Part shown: in pieces, positions 30,357-40,394 of the stretch
Layout of the letters: the number at the start of each line of letters is the position of its first letter
How positions within the stretch are numbered: position 1 is the stretch's first letter
DNA from: Candidatus Poribacteria bacterium
GTDB lineage: Bacteria; Poribacteria; WGA-4E; PCPOR2b
DNA: 64,000 bases
Assembly (NCBI GenBank): GCA_965198175.1
Contig: OZ240245.1
Location: forward strand, 2,784,001 to 2,848,000
Direction: 5' to 3'
Made by a program: the position numbers and the translations under genes
Notes under the pieces: generated by a model
Told to the model about the DNA's origin: nothing
The model's input: only the letters and a program-made list of their open reading frames with translations
Database searches by the model: none

Positions 30357-31172
30357 CTAAGAACGCCGAGCGTATTGTGGAAACAGTTCGTCATGAATGT
30401 CACTACATTGCTGGAGATGGATTTGCCGTTTCGCGTCGGCAGTGTCAACCATCGTAGGAAAGAACATCCCCGCGCCTGTCTCAATTTTATACCCGCCTGC
30501 GGAATGGACGCTCAGGTACTGATGCAGCGTCTCTAAATCCGGGGCGGATGTGCAATGTTGTGTGCAATTCATCGTAAACATCCGCCGCCGGGTGCAACCG
30601 CCAAATGTTGCGTGATAGGTATCGTGATTGAAAATCACAACATCACCGGGTGTGCTTTCCAATGCAATGCTCGTTGGGAAGTTGCGCGGCGAGATACCAT
30701 ACAGTGCCTCCGATTGGTTCGGATCTATCTTTCCTGCTCTGACAAAGTGTGCAGGGTTTTGGCTGCCCGGAATGAAGCGTAAGCATCCTGTGTCTTTCGT
30801 CAGCGGATCAAGATAAAACGCCACCTTACAGGCGAAGAGTCGTCCCCAACTTCCATCCGGATGCCAACCGGTGTCTCCGGTGTAATAGTTCCCGTCACCG
30901 CCAGAATAGTTGAAATCTTCGCCGAGCACACCGCCGATAAGTTCTTTGATACGTTCATCATCAAGCAGGGTACAGAGCCGAGGCCGATGCTCAATCGGAC
31001 CGCCGAACATTGTACGGCGTGTTCCATCATGGTCTTTACCACCGCCGAATTCCTGAATCGTAATCTCAAATTCTTCGGTAATCCATTCTATCTCGCTTGG
31101 CGAAAACATACCCGGTATTGCGAGATAACCGAAAGTATTGAAGAAATTCACCTTATGTTCTGTCAGTTTCAT
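30357..31172 (-). CDS. Phytanoyl-CoA dioxygenase (PhyH) family Fe/2OG enzyme
   Basis: FFNTFGYL, WHPD, GCLRFIPGS, PGDVVIFNHDTYH, RRMF. Confidence 0.9.
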   Translation of the reverse strand: MKLTEHKVNFFNTFGYLAIPGMFSPSEIEWITEEFEITIQEFGGGKDHDGTRRTMFGGPIEHRPRLCTLLDDERIKELIGGVLGEDFNYSGGDGNYYTGDTGWHPDGSWGRLFACKVAFYLDPLTKDTGCLRFIPGSQNPAHFVRAGKIDPNQSEALYGISPRNFPTSIALESTPGDVVIFNHDTYHATFGGCTRRRMFTMNCTQHCTSAPDLETLHQYLSVHSAGGYKIETGAGMFFPTMVDTADAKRQIHLQQCSDIHDELFPQYARRS

Positions 31173-31544
31173 GATGTCGCCTTCAGCATAAAAGCATGAA
31201 AACTCTGTTATAGACGTAAATTGCTTCTCTTGTGCTTACGGTATGGCTACTCCCACCGTGCCCAGACGTTCGGTGTGACATGCCCTTCGTTCATGTATGA
31301 ATCGGTGATAATACCGCGGTAATTTCGCTTCCCCTTCCAACCCAACCACGATGCTGTTGAGGAGTAGTGGCTCATAAGAATACGCAGGAATGTATCGCTT
31401 CGGTTCTTTTTGGAGCGATGTAAAAGGCACTTCGGAATTGCCTTTAATCATAAAACCTTCGTTGCCGTGTCATGGCTAACAATTCCTCGTTCTATCAACT
31501 ACATCGTAGGCAACGGCTAGTTTTGTGTAGCGGGCACAGAAAAC

Positions 31545-32345
31545 TTATGCCCCGCGGGCTTTAATCATTGCCCGCACGCGATTGGGGTCCACTTCGTTCG
31601 TTGTCACACCATCGCGTTTAATTGAAGTGCCGACGATGACACCATCTGCACACTGCAGGGTCTCAACAAGATTGTTGACTGTGACACCACTCCCAACGAA
31701 TGCCTTCGATTGAGGAACTGCATCCTTGACGATTTTCAACTGCTTGAGATCCGTGCTCTCGCCTGTCCCTGCACCTGTGACGATTAAGGCATCGGCAAGC
31801 CCGCGATAGTAGGTATCTTGTGCGATAGAAGCCAGGTTGATTTGCCCAAGTGGTACCGCGTGCTTGACAGCCACATCGGCGAAAATCTTGACATCACTTC
31901 TGAGGACAGATCGATAGCGCACGGTTTCATGTGCCTTCCCTTGCAAAACACCTTGATCCGTGAGCATTGCGCCAGTATGTACGTTAATGCGGATAAAAAC
32001 TGCGTTTGTCACTGTCGCAATTGCTAATGCAGATTTGGCGTCATTGCGTAAAACATTTACCCCAATGGGTATCTCGGGATGGCGGTCTCGAAGTTCGTTG
32101 ATAATGATTGCCATAGTCGCAACGGTGGGTGCTTCTACACGATCCGGAAAAAACGGCGCATCTCCGTAGTTTTCAATGATAATCCCGTCAATTCCATTGT
32201 CAATCAGCGCTCTAGCGTCAGCCAATGCACGCGCTCGAATGTTACTTAATGGGGATGTCGGACCCGGACTACCAAGCAGTGGGGGTAGGTGAACAACACC
32301 AACGATTGATTTGGTATGGCTGAAGAGGCAATTGATTCCTTGCAT
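31545..32345 (-). CDS. btpA: BtpA/SgcQ family protein
   Basis: GVVHLPPLLGSP, IENYGDAPF, GVNVLRND, ADVAVKH, ADALIVTG, VGSGV. Confidence 0.93.
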   Translation of the reverse strand: MQGINCLFSHTKSIVGVVHLPPLLGSPGPTSPLSNIRARALADARALIDNGIDGIIIENYGDAPFFPDRVEAPTVATMAIIINELRDRHPEIPIGVNVLRNDAKSALAIATVTNAVFIRINVHTGAMLTDQGVLQGKAHETVRYRSVLRSDVKIFADVAVKHAVPLGQINLASIAQDTYYRGLADALIVTGAGTGESTDLKQLKIVKDAVPQSKAFVGSGVTVNNLVETLQCADGVIVGTSIKRDGVTTNEVDPNRVRAMIKARGA

Positions 32346-32479
32346 AACTGTTCATTACAATCGGCTTCTCAGCGATTGGATGAATCAACCTAAGCGGAAA
32401 CTAATACCCACATCAATATCTATGATTCCCCTGATGACGGCGGGAAGCAAAGTTCCTTTGTACGACGCATTGCTAGAAC

Positions 32480-33331
32480 TCATTCCGATTCCGGAAATTT
32501 CCAAATCTGAAGAGCGGTTTTTCCCAAGATCCATTCCAAATCCTCTGGTGTGAAGAAGTCCATTTCGTCTCGCACGACAGACAACGTCTGCGGATAAGTG
32601 GCAGCGTTCAGACAAACCGGCCAATCCGTCGCCCACATAATCCGCCGTCCACCGAACGTGTGGTATACCTTTTTTACCATATCGTGCGTATCAACCCAAG
32701 GATAAGAGGTCTTCGAAAGCCACCAGGTGTGACTAATTTTCACATGTACTTTCGGAAATACTGCTAGATTCAGCAGATGGTGCAAATGATCCGGTCGATC
32801 AATGGCACAGTCCGCCATGTGATCGACGACCATGTTAAGGTCGCTGTGACGCTCTAAGATTTTCGCCAACTCTGGCAATCGATCTGGTGCGGCATTTTCT
32901 GATCCGTGTTTTTTGGTGACAAGCAACATCGGAACACCTAGTTCTTCAGCGCGATTAAAGATTCTCTCCGTTAACTCACCTCTGTACCAGGCGCCAGTAG
33001 CGCCCGCGGCTGGACTCAAACGCACGCCATGGAAACCGAATTCTTCTGTCCAGTAACTAAGATGATCAGGCGCATCAGGGTCTTTAGGGTTTACACGACA
33101 GACGCCCATAAATTTATCCGGATAAGTTTTCATCGCATGTGCAGTATAGCTGTTGTCCCAACGATAGTGAATTGACTGTACCAATGCGGTCCTCTCAATA
33201 CCGTTCGCCGCCATCAATTCGATCAACATCTCTGGCGTAGCGTCATCAATGGGTGGGTTGGTTGTCTCTACCGCCCAAGGGAATCGGGAATCGTTTTTCC
33301 AAACGTGAACATGGGGATCGATAAATCTCAT
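32480..33331 (-). CDS. Amidohydrolase_2 family protein (lactonase-like)
   Basis: IDPHVHVW, GVRL, VVDHMA, MWATDWP. Confidence 0.9.
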   Translation of the reverse strand: MRFIDPHVHVWKNDSRFPWAVETTNPPIDDATPEMLIELMAANGIERTALVQSIHYRWDNSYTAHAMKTYPDKFMGVCRVNPKDPDAPDHLSYWTEEFGFHGVRLSPAAGATGAWYRGELTERIFNRAEELGVPMLLVTKKHGSENAAPDRLPELAKILERHSDLNMVVDHMADCAIDRPDHLHHLLNLAVFPKVHVKISHTWWLSKTSYPWVDTHDMVKKVYHTFGGRRIMWATDWPVCLNAATYPQTLSVVRDEMDFFTPEDLEWILGKTALQIWKFPESE

Positions 33332-33381
33332 TTTTGTTTTTCTCTACGTTGTTGCGTGATATCTAGAAAAACTCGCAAGTG

Positions 33382-33418
33382 AAAAAAAACACCTCAACCC
33401 GTTAAGTTGAGTTGAGGT
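33382..33418 (-). terminator. Intrinsic terminator
   Basis: ACCTCAACTC/GGGTTGAGGT stem followed by T8 on the minus strand, downstream of the radical SAM gene. Confidence 0.8.
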
Positions 33419-33553
33419 AATTCGGTTCGGAAGCGGATGTTCAACGCTGTCTGTGTATCCTCAAAATGCCGTTCGGATTTTGGAACGCGACTCACGTCAT
33501 TGATGGTGGTAAAGATGCCTGCGATGGCATCTAACTTATCCTTGCCCACCCAC

Positions 33554-33588
33554 GACTGACCGCTAACAACTGACCACTGATGGCTGAT
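33554..33588. repeat. Short heptamer tandem repeat
   Basis: ACTGACC GCTAACA ACTGACC ACTGATG GCTGATA. Confidence 0.5.
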
Positions 33589-33633
33589 ATCGGAGAACTC
33601 TTCGACATCGCATCGTTATTTTAAGCAATACGC

Positions 33634-35190
33634 TCAAGACGAGTTCTCCAACTGCGTTAACGAATTCTCCTGGGCCGTGAGATAGGCGTTCGGGGCATGA
33701 TACAAAGCACCCTCCGGAAGCCACTCCCCTAACGCCCCTAAACTCTTTCGTATGCGCTCCACATAGAACCGTGGAACTTCTGTCGTCTCCCTCTCAAAGA
33801 AAGGCCGGAACTGAGGGTCCTCATCTAGCCGCCGACGGATTTCGCGGTAGTACTTCAGTTGTTCATACCATGGCAGGACACGGACAACATTCACCCATCG
33901 GGGGATGAAGGCGTGAATCGCCTTGTAACTTCTAAAGAGGTTCTCCCATGAAATGTTGTGTTCAATCAAATCAATGACATTATCGTAAAACTCATCCCAA
34001 GCATAGTTTTTCGGCTTGATATTCATCCCACGCTTGCTGTCAAGGAAATGAAACGGAAAGGGTAAAACCCTGTTTGCACGTTGATACTCAAGGTTGATAG
34101 GTGCCGCCTGTCCATACGCTGTCAGTAGCAAATAGGCAGGATAGGCACCAGGTGTCATCTCTAGGAAGAGTTTCGTGAGTTCAAACGGCTCTGCCCCTTC
34201 GTCAATATCAAGTCCGAACACGAAGTTGGTTTGAACGTAGGGAACGTATCTCAGAATCATGTTAACCTGCTCCGAGACCTGTCGAACTTTATCAATTCCC
34301 TGATGCTTTCCCGTTTTCGATTTGTTACCAAAGTCCTGCCACGACTCAATTCCAGGCAGCAGCGCCTTAAATCCGTTTCGCTTAAGCCGTTTCATGTGCG
34401 GTTCCGATAGGAGAGACAGACTGCTTTCGGCGACGAAATCCATACTATCCGGCGGCACTGCATCTTCGATTGCAGACAGGTAATCATCGAATCGGATACC
34501 AAAATTCGGATCGTGCCATCCGACAATGGGACGCCTAAACTTCCGTAAGAGGAAACGTAGGTCTGCCTTGATGAAATCAAAGTCCAGAGGTTGATAGGGA
34601 ATAACTGAATCAATACAAAAACTACAAGTGTACGGACAGCCCATGCTGCCGAGCATCGGAACAGCCTTAATCAACGGAGCTTTGCGGTGCGTGAGTTCTA
34701 TGAATTTCCAACGCTCTTGCACGCTGGGCAGCGTCCCCGGTTGTCTGTTCGCTGAGAGGTGGACACCGATAGGCCGGTGCGGAGAACAGTCTTGCAAAAG
34801 ATCCCGGATGATGTCTCTGTCAGTGAAACCCAGAACGTAATCGAAATACTTTTGGGCATCTTGAGGATAGCAGCGAGCATGAGGGCCACCAAGGGCAGTA
34901 ACTGCGCGTTGGGATCGGAAGAGGTTGCTCAACGCGTATGCCAGTTGAGCTCCCTGCGAAAATGTCCCTATGATAACGAGATCGAGCGTTGCAGGCAATT
35001 CCTCAATCGGATTCTCAAGACCGGTATAACAGACAAAAGTGACGTCATGTCCCTCTCCTTCACACCATACGGCAATAGATTGAGGCATGATGCTTACCAG
35101 ATTAGCGTGCATTGACCGCGCCCACAAATTTCGCGTAGGTCCTTTAGCAACAAGATCAAGGATACCAATTTGGAGTTTTCGCATAGTCAT
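33634..35190 (-). CDS. Radical SAM protein with N-terminal B12-binding-like domain
   Basis: GCPYTCSFC motif, LGGPHA, DPNF, GIES, FVFGLD. Confidence 0.9.
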   Translation of the reverse strand: MTMRKLQIGILDLVAKGPTRNLWARSMHANLVSIMPQSIAVWCEGEGHDVTFVCYTGLENPIEELPATLDLVIIGTFSQGAQLAYALSNLFRSQRAVTALGGPHARCYPQDAQKYFDYVLGFTDRDIIRDLLQDCSPHRPIGVHLSANRQPGTLPSVQERWKFIELTHRKAPLIKAVPMLGSMGCPYTCSFCIDSVIPYQPLDFDFIKADLRFLLRKFRRPIVGWHDPNFGIRFDDYLSAIEDAVPPDSMDFVAESSLSLLSEPHMKRLKRNGFKALLPGIESWQDFGNKSKTGKHQGIDKVRQVSEQVNMILRYVPYVQTNFVFGLDIDEGAEPFELTKLFLEMTPGAYPAYLLLTAYGQAAPINLEYQRANRVLPFPFHFLDSKRGMNIKPKNYAWDEFYDNVIDLIEHNISWENLFRSYKAIHAFIPRWVNVVRVLPWYEQLKYYREIRRRLDEDPQFRPFFERETTEVPRFYVERIRKSLGALGEWLPEGALYHAPNAYLTAQENSLTQLENSS

Positions 35191-35411
35191 TCGCTTCTTT
35201 CCGAGAAGTTTTTCTCAAATAACGTTAATTGGGCATGAAAAACAGACCGTTCCGCGTTAGAAAAAGAATGATTTGTAGGACGATAATGAGGTAACCGAAC
35301 ATGAATTTCAATGGATGGTTTTGTTTAAACCATCACCTGACTATCTCTTAAAGACACCTTTTTCGATCGAAATACGTGCATAAAAGGGAGGGATTCAGGA
35401 TCGACTACCGC

Positions 35412-36137
35412 CTAGTAAAGATAGTTTTCAGGCTGATAGCCGGATGGCTCGAGCACAACAATGACTGATCGATCATTTTCTGATTTAGGAATCGGAAATG
35501 TCACTGTGTGATGCCGAACATAGAAAATCGGATTACGCTGATGACGCCCAATAAACTCGCTAGCCGACACCATATTTCCTTTAACCGGCGGCAGGTAGTA
35601 GTGCATTGGAAAAATCCACTTCGGTTTCAGAATATCAAGCATCGGCTCGAGTTCATGTAGTTTAAGGGTGAGACTCTCGCCTACAATAGCAAGCAGCACA
35701 TCACACCGACCGATGAAGGGCGCAAGCTGCTCTGCATCAAGTTCGTATCCGAGGTCGCCCATGTGCAAGAACCAAAGGTCGTCTACTTTGAAGGCATACA
35801 GCGCATTGTCGTCGGCGCCTTCGGGATGATCCTCCGCCTCCGCCGCTTTGACCGTAACCAGAGGCTCACCGTTAATCGTTGCCACATCGCGACCTTCAGC
35901 CACAGCCAGCGCGTCGATTACGCGCGGCTTTCCCTCGTTGCCCTCAATGAGTTTGATGTAGGAGTGTCCCCTATCTGTGAGTGAACTCGCAATAACCGTG
36001 TCCGCTTTAAGCCGAAATTCGTTATTGCCTTGCAGACCCAGCGCCGAGGGCGTGTACGGATCCATAGCGATGGTGGGCTTTCCGTCCTCCCAGAGCCGGA
36101 AACAAGCGAGTCCAACCCATTCAAGCGAAACTGACAT
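35412..36137 (-). CDS. MBL-fold metallohydrolase-like protein with divergent metal motif
   Basis: WVGLACFRL, MDPY, LHMGDLG and FPMHY are present; the usual SHxHxDH reads SSLTDRGH. Confidence 0.8.
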   Translation of the reverse strand: MSVSLEWVGLACFRLWEDGKPTIAMDPYTPSALGLQGNNEFRLKADTVIASSLTDRGHSYIKLIEGNEGKPRVIDALAVAEGRDVATINGEPLVTVKAAEAEDHPEGADDNALYAFKVDDLWFLHMGDLGYELDAEQLAPFIGRCDVLLAIVGESLTLKLHELEPMLDILKPKWIFPMHYYLPPVKGNMVSASEFIGRHQRNPIFYVRHHTVTFPIPKSENDRSVIVVLEPSGYQPENYLY

Positions 36138-36151
36138 CGTTCACGCTCCTT

Positions 36152-37153
36152 TCATTCCTCTCCGAGACCACCCGCCCTTTCCATGCCAGCAACCTCCCAC
36201 CATTTGGCGCCGGGTGGCTTCTCAAGTACGAACGGCTTGAGGAAATCCACCGATTTCCTTAACCCTTCATCAAGGTCAAAATATTCCGATTCCATCTCAA
36301 CCGAAAGTACATGGTCATAGCCGATGAAGCGGAGCGTTGTGGCAAACTCGCGCCATTCTAACTCGGAGTGCCCCCACCCGACCAGAGTATATGTCCAAGA
36401 GCGATCCGCGGGCTGTTCAGGCGTGCTAGAGTCCGTGTTTCCTCGCAGTCGTGCATTGTGACCGTGGAAGGTGACGTCTTTTACGTGGACGTGCTGAATG
36501 AGCGGACCGAGGTAGCGTGCGGCTTCGATCGGGTCAATACCCTGATACCACAAGTGTGAAATATCGAAGTTGCAAGCAACAACTGGACCAATTTCATCGT
36601 GCAACCGTTTTACCGCGACCGGGTTGTGGATCATATCGCCGCCATGCATCTCAAAACACAACGTCACTCCGTGATCAGCAGCAATTTTCCCGTGCTCACG
36701 CCAGTAGGGGAGCAGTCGCTTTTCCCATTGCCATTCGAGGGTATCGCGCAGGAAAGGCCACTCGGCGAATGTAACCCAATTGGGAGCAGTATCTCCTTCG
36801 GCGCCTTCAGGCAACCCTGCCAGCAGTGTCATCCGCCTAATACCGGCTAACTCCATAAACTTCCAAGCCTGCCGAAGCTCCTGCGAGTACTTATCGGCGA
36901 CCTTCTTATTTGGCATGAGTGGTGCACCGTGCGCGCCCATTGCGCTGATTTCGAGACCATACCGTGCATACGTGTCACGCCATCGGTCTATCTCCCCCTT
37001 GTCCGCGAGGAGCTTCTGCGGATCACAGTATTTTCTCGCCCAGAGCCCCGCGATTCCAACCTCGATCGCCTGAAACCCCAGGTCTCGAGCATACTGCAAG
37101 CCCTCCTCGAATTCGAACTGCATCAAGTTCTGTGAAATCACTCCGAGTTTCAT
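36152..37153 (-). CDS. Sugar phosphate isomerase/epimerase (TIM barrel)
   Basis: FEMH, NFDISHLWYQGID, HVHVKD, VGWGH, LSVEME. Confidence 0.92.
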   Translation of the reverse strand: MKLGVISQNLMQFEFEEGLQYARDLGFQAIEVGIAGLWARKYCDPQKLLADKGEIDRWRDTYARYGLEISAMGAHGAPLMPNKKVADKYSQELRQAWKFMELAGIRRMTLLAGLPEGAEGDTAPNWVTFAEWPFLRDTLEWQWEKRLLPYWREHGKIAADHGVTLCFEMHGGDMIHNPVAVKRLHDEIGPVVACNFDISHLWYQGIDPIEAARYLGPLIQHVHVKDVTFHGHNARLRGNTDSSTPEQPADRSWTYTLVGWGHSELEWREFATTLRFIGYDHVLSVEMESEYFDLDEGLRKSVDFLKPFVLEKPPGAKWWEVAGMERAGGLGEE

Positions 37154-37259
37154 GAAATTCTCCTTTCTCTCCTAATATCTGTTTCATTAAAATCTATAGC
37201 AGGCAACCTTCGAGTCGCCTACTTTCTGTCCTCCATAAGGCAGCGAGTAGGTAGGGGGA

Positions 37260-37682
37260 TTACTGACGGGTGCGGCGGAATGACTTGGGGCGTCCGAGAA
37301 TCTCGGACAGGATTATCCCTTGGCGCACAGTCTGCGGCGATAGAGAGATGCCGGCGATAGTATCCACTCCTGGCGGCTGTGCGCCGGAGCTACCTGCGTT
37401 GCTCGGATGAATCTCAGAATCATTTGTGGAATCTTCACGCTGGGATGGCGTTTCCAGTGGTTGAGGTTCCATAGGAGGCTCTTCGGATTTCACAGGCAGA
37501 GAGGGTTCATTTTCTTCCTCCACAAGCTCTGGATTGCCCCAGGGCGGTAGAAAAATTCCATTCTCTTCCTCATCAAGCACGTCCTCCGGTTCTGGTCGCC
37601 GCCGTTTCTGCCTCCGCATGACACTCAGCAACGTTATCAATAGGAGTATAATCACAGGAACAAATTGAAAAAAATCTTCCAT
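37260..37682 (-). CDS. YqfB-like membrane-anchored protein of the floA operon
   Basis: N-terminal TM helix, acidic/Pro linker, C-terminal RQGIILSEILGRPK; follows floA. Confidence 0.8.
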   Translation of the reverse strand: MEDFFQFVPVIILLLITLLSVMRRQKRRRPEPEDVLDEEENGIFLPPWGNPELVEEENEPSLPVKSEEPPMEPQPLETPSQREDSTNDSEIHPSNAGSSGAQPPGVDTIAGISLSPQTVRQGIILSEILGRPKSFRRTRQ

Positions 37683-37755
37683 TGCTGTTTGCCTTTTCTA
37701 AAGCGTAATGTGTGAAGCTATACACTAAGACTAGCCATAGACAACCCCTAGCGCT

Positions 37756-38781
37756 TTACGAAACACCTAGTGAATGGGATGACCGCGTTGTATCACGATC
37801 GCCGCCAGGAACCGCGATGGATTGACGCATCTCCGTATCAGCAATGATGTTGCGGAGATTATAGTAATCCATAACATTCATTCTAGCCGACGCGAAAGCG
37901 TCTGCAATTCCACGAGGAACTTCGGCTTCAGCCTCAATGAGGTTGATTGTCATTTCTTCGACGAAGGCTTTGTTTTCTTCTTCTTCCGCTTGAGCTCTGG
38001 CGCGCCTTTCTTCGGCTTTAGCCCGAGCAATCTTTAACTCCGCTTGTGCTTGGTCCGTCTGCAACTTCGCCCCAACATTTTCGCCAACATTAATGTCTGC
38101 GATGTCAATGGATAAAATCTCGAAAGCCGTGCCGGCTGACAATCCTTTATCAAGGACAGTCTCCGAAATTCGTACAGGATTTTCCAGAACTTGTTTATGA
38201 CTGGTTGCAGATCCAATTGTCGTGATGATGCCCTCACCGACTCTGGCAATAATCGTCTCTTCCCCCGCACCGCCAACAAGCCGATCTATATTTGCTCTCA
38301 CTGTCACCCTTGCCTTTACAACGAGCTGAATACCATCACGTGCAACCGCAGTAATGCCGTGCCTATTGTCTTCTTTTGCAGGAATATCAATGATCTCCGG
38401 TGTGACGCTTACCTGTACGGCTTGCAATACATCTCGTCCAGCCAGATCGATGGCAGCTGCCCGCGCGAAGCCTAGCGTGATGTTAGCTTTATCTGCGACG
38501 ATTAGCGCAGCAACAAGACGTGCGACGTTGCCACCCGCGAGGTAATGCGCTTCCAGATTGTCGAGTGAGAGGTTTAGCCCAGCTTTCGTTGCATTAATCT
38601 GCGGGTCGATGATGCCTTTTGGCGGAACACGACGTAAACGCATGGCAATCAGCGTAAAGATTCCAACTCGAACGTTTGCGGCAATAGCGGTAATCCATAA
38701 ACGGACGGGAATGAAGGATATCAGAAAAATAAACCCTATGGCTACGATAACAGCTAGAAGGATAATTGGCAATGTCAACAT
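37756..38781 (-). CDS. floA: Flotillin-like protein FloA, copy 2
   Basis: [57 protein letters not shown]. Confidence 0.95.
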   Translation of the reverse strand: MLTLPIILLAVIVAIGFIFLISFIPVRLWITAIAANVRVGIFTLIAMRLRRVPPKGIIDPQINATKAGLNLSLDNLEAHYLAGGNVARLVAALIVADKANITLGFARAAAIDLAGRDVLQAVQVSVTPEIIDIPAKEDNRHGITAVARDGIQLVVKARVTVRANIDRLVGGAGEETIIARVGEGIITTIGSATSHKQVLENPVRISETVLDKGLSAGTAFEILSIDIADINVGENVGAKLQTDQAQAELKIARAKAEERRARAQAEEEENKAFVEEMTINLIEAEAEVPRGIADAFASARMNVMDYYNLRNIIADTEMRQSIAVPGGDRDTTRSSHSLGVS

Positions 38782-38801
38782 CTGGAAAGCCTCCTTTAGA
38801 T

Positions 38802-39704
38802 TTAAGACGTTAAGTTTCCTTCTCTGAATGCAGTTGCGACAGCGCGAGGAACGGACGCTTCAGCTTCCACAACTCTCGCCCGCCTTTCTTGAACGTTCGC
38901 AGTCATCTCTTGCTTACGGGCGACCGCCATAGCCCGGCGCTCCTCCGCTTTTGCTTGGGCAATGACAAGATCAGCTTCTGCCTGCTCTGCCTGCAGTTCT
39001 GCACCGATATTCTTTCCAACGTTGACATCGGCGATATCAATAGAAAGAATTTCATAAGCTGTGCCTGAATCTAGCCCGCGATCAAGCACCGTCTTAGATA
39101 TAATGTCGGGATTTTCGAGGACATCTTCATACGTTTCTGAGGCGCCAATTGCGCTGATAATCCCTTCGCCGACGCGTGCGAGAATCGTCTCTTCACCCGC
39201 ACCACCAACGAGGCGGTTGATGTTTGCCCTAACGGTGATGCGAACAGTAGCAATCAGTTCAACTCCATCAAGAGCAACCGCACTAATCTGAGACGTTGTG
39301 ATAACGCGCGGATTGACACTCACTTGCACAGCATCTAGCACATCCCGGCCCGCTAAATCAATCGCCGTAGCGCGTTGAAAATTAAGGTCGATCTTTGCTT
39401 TATCCGCGGCAATTAAGGCATTCACAACTCGCAACACGTTTCCACCTGCCAAGTAGTGGGCTTCTAAACCAGGAGTAGAGACTGTCAGGCCCGCTTTGGC
39501 CGCGCTAACCTGTCCGTTGACAATCACATTGGGGTTCACACGACGTAAGCGCATCCCCACAAGATCGCTGACGATGCGAATACGCACACCCGCTGCCCGA
39601 GCCGCAATCCAAAGTCCAACAGGCACGAAATAAAAAAAGATGAATAAAAAAAACAGTATTACTACCGCGAAAATCGCAATAGTCAATTGTCCCATTTCTT
39701 CCAT
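38802..39704 (-). CDS. floA: Flotillin-like protein FloA, copy 1, shorter at the C-terminus
   Basis: Same FloA motifs; AAGGAG before ATG 39704; ends at AFREGNLTS. Confidence 0.93.
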   Translation of the reverse strand: MEEMGQLTIAIFAVVILFFLFIFFYFVPVGLWIAARAAGVRIRIVSDLVGMRLRRVNPNVIVNGQVSAAKAGLTVSTPGLEAHYLAGGNVLRVVNALIAADKAKIDLNFQRATAIDLAGRDVLDAVQVSVNPRVITTSQISAVALDGVELIATVRITVRANINRLVGGAGEETILARVGEGIISAIGASETYEDVLENPDIISKTVLDRGLDSGTAYEILSIDIADVNVGKNIGAELQAEQAEADLVIAQAKAEERRAMAVARKQEMTANVQERRARVVEAEASVPRAVATAFREGNLTS

Positions 39705-39851
39705 GTCGAATCTCCTTACAATTACCAATGGCGCTACTGTGTGCCGGATCGAGCTACCCACATCCGGCATTTTGAACAGTGTCTGCGGACCAGATAACCC
39801 ACTCGCAGATTGGATCCGCCAAAAAGTGGCACCAACGGTTGCTCACATCAA

Positions 39852-40334
39852 TTACAAACTGCGGACGACAACACGATTGCTCTCAACAATAATCACTTCC
39901 ACTTCTGCATCGGTCTCGATGAATTCTCCACTTGTCACAACATCCACTCTCTGACCGTCGATTAACGCTGCACCGGCTGGTCTTAGAGGCGTAATTGCTT
40001 GACCGGATTTCCCAACTAGTTTTCCCAAATTCTGCGATGGAGCTTGAAAACCATCCACGCTCTTTTGAGCGGCGTCAAGAATAAAGGACTTTCCGAACCT
40101 TGTGCGAGGGGCAAGCCACAGCCCCAAAATTGCGATTGGAATGGTCACGATGACGGCACCGCCAGCGTACATCAACGCAGTTTCCCACCCAGACGATAAC
40201 CACACACTCCCCACACCAATGGCTATAAGCAAGATGCCCGACACACCAGCGACGGCAAAACCGGGGAGCAAGATAATCTCAATACATAAAAACAAAAGAC
40301 CTAAACCAATGAGGAAAATCGGTAACCACGACAT
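39852..40334 (-). CDS. nfeD: Short NfeD family protein (TM helices plus OB fold)
   Basis: EIILLPGFAVAG, LVGKSGQAITPLRPAG, RVDVVTSGEFI. Confidence 0.9.
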   Translation of the reverse strand: MSWLPIFLIGLGLLFLCIEIILLPGFAVAGVSGILLIAIGVGSVWLSSGWETALMYAGGAVIVTIPIAILGLWLAPRTRFGKSFILDAAQKSVDGFQAPSQNLGKLVGKSGQAITPLRPAGAALIDGQRVDVVTSGEFIETDAEVEVIIVESNRVVVRSL

Positions 40335-40394
40335 AGGACTATATAGCGCCTAATATGATAGGGATTCTGTATCTCCTATCCTTGAATTCTTACT

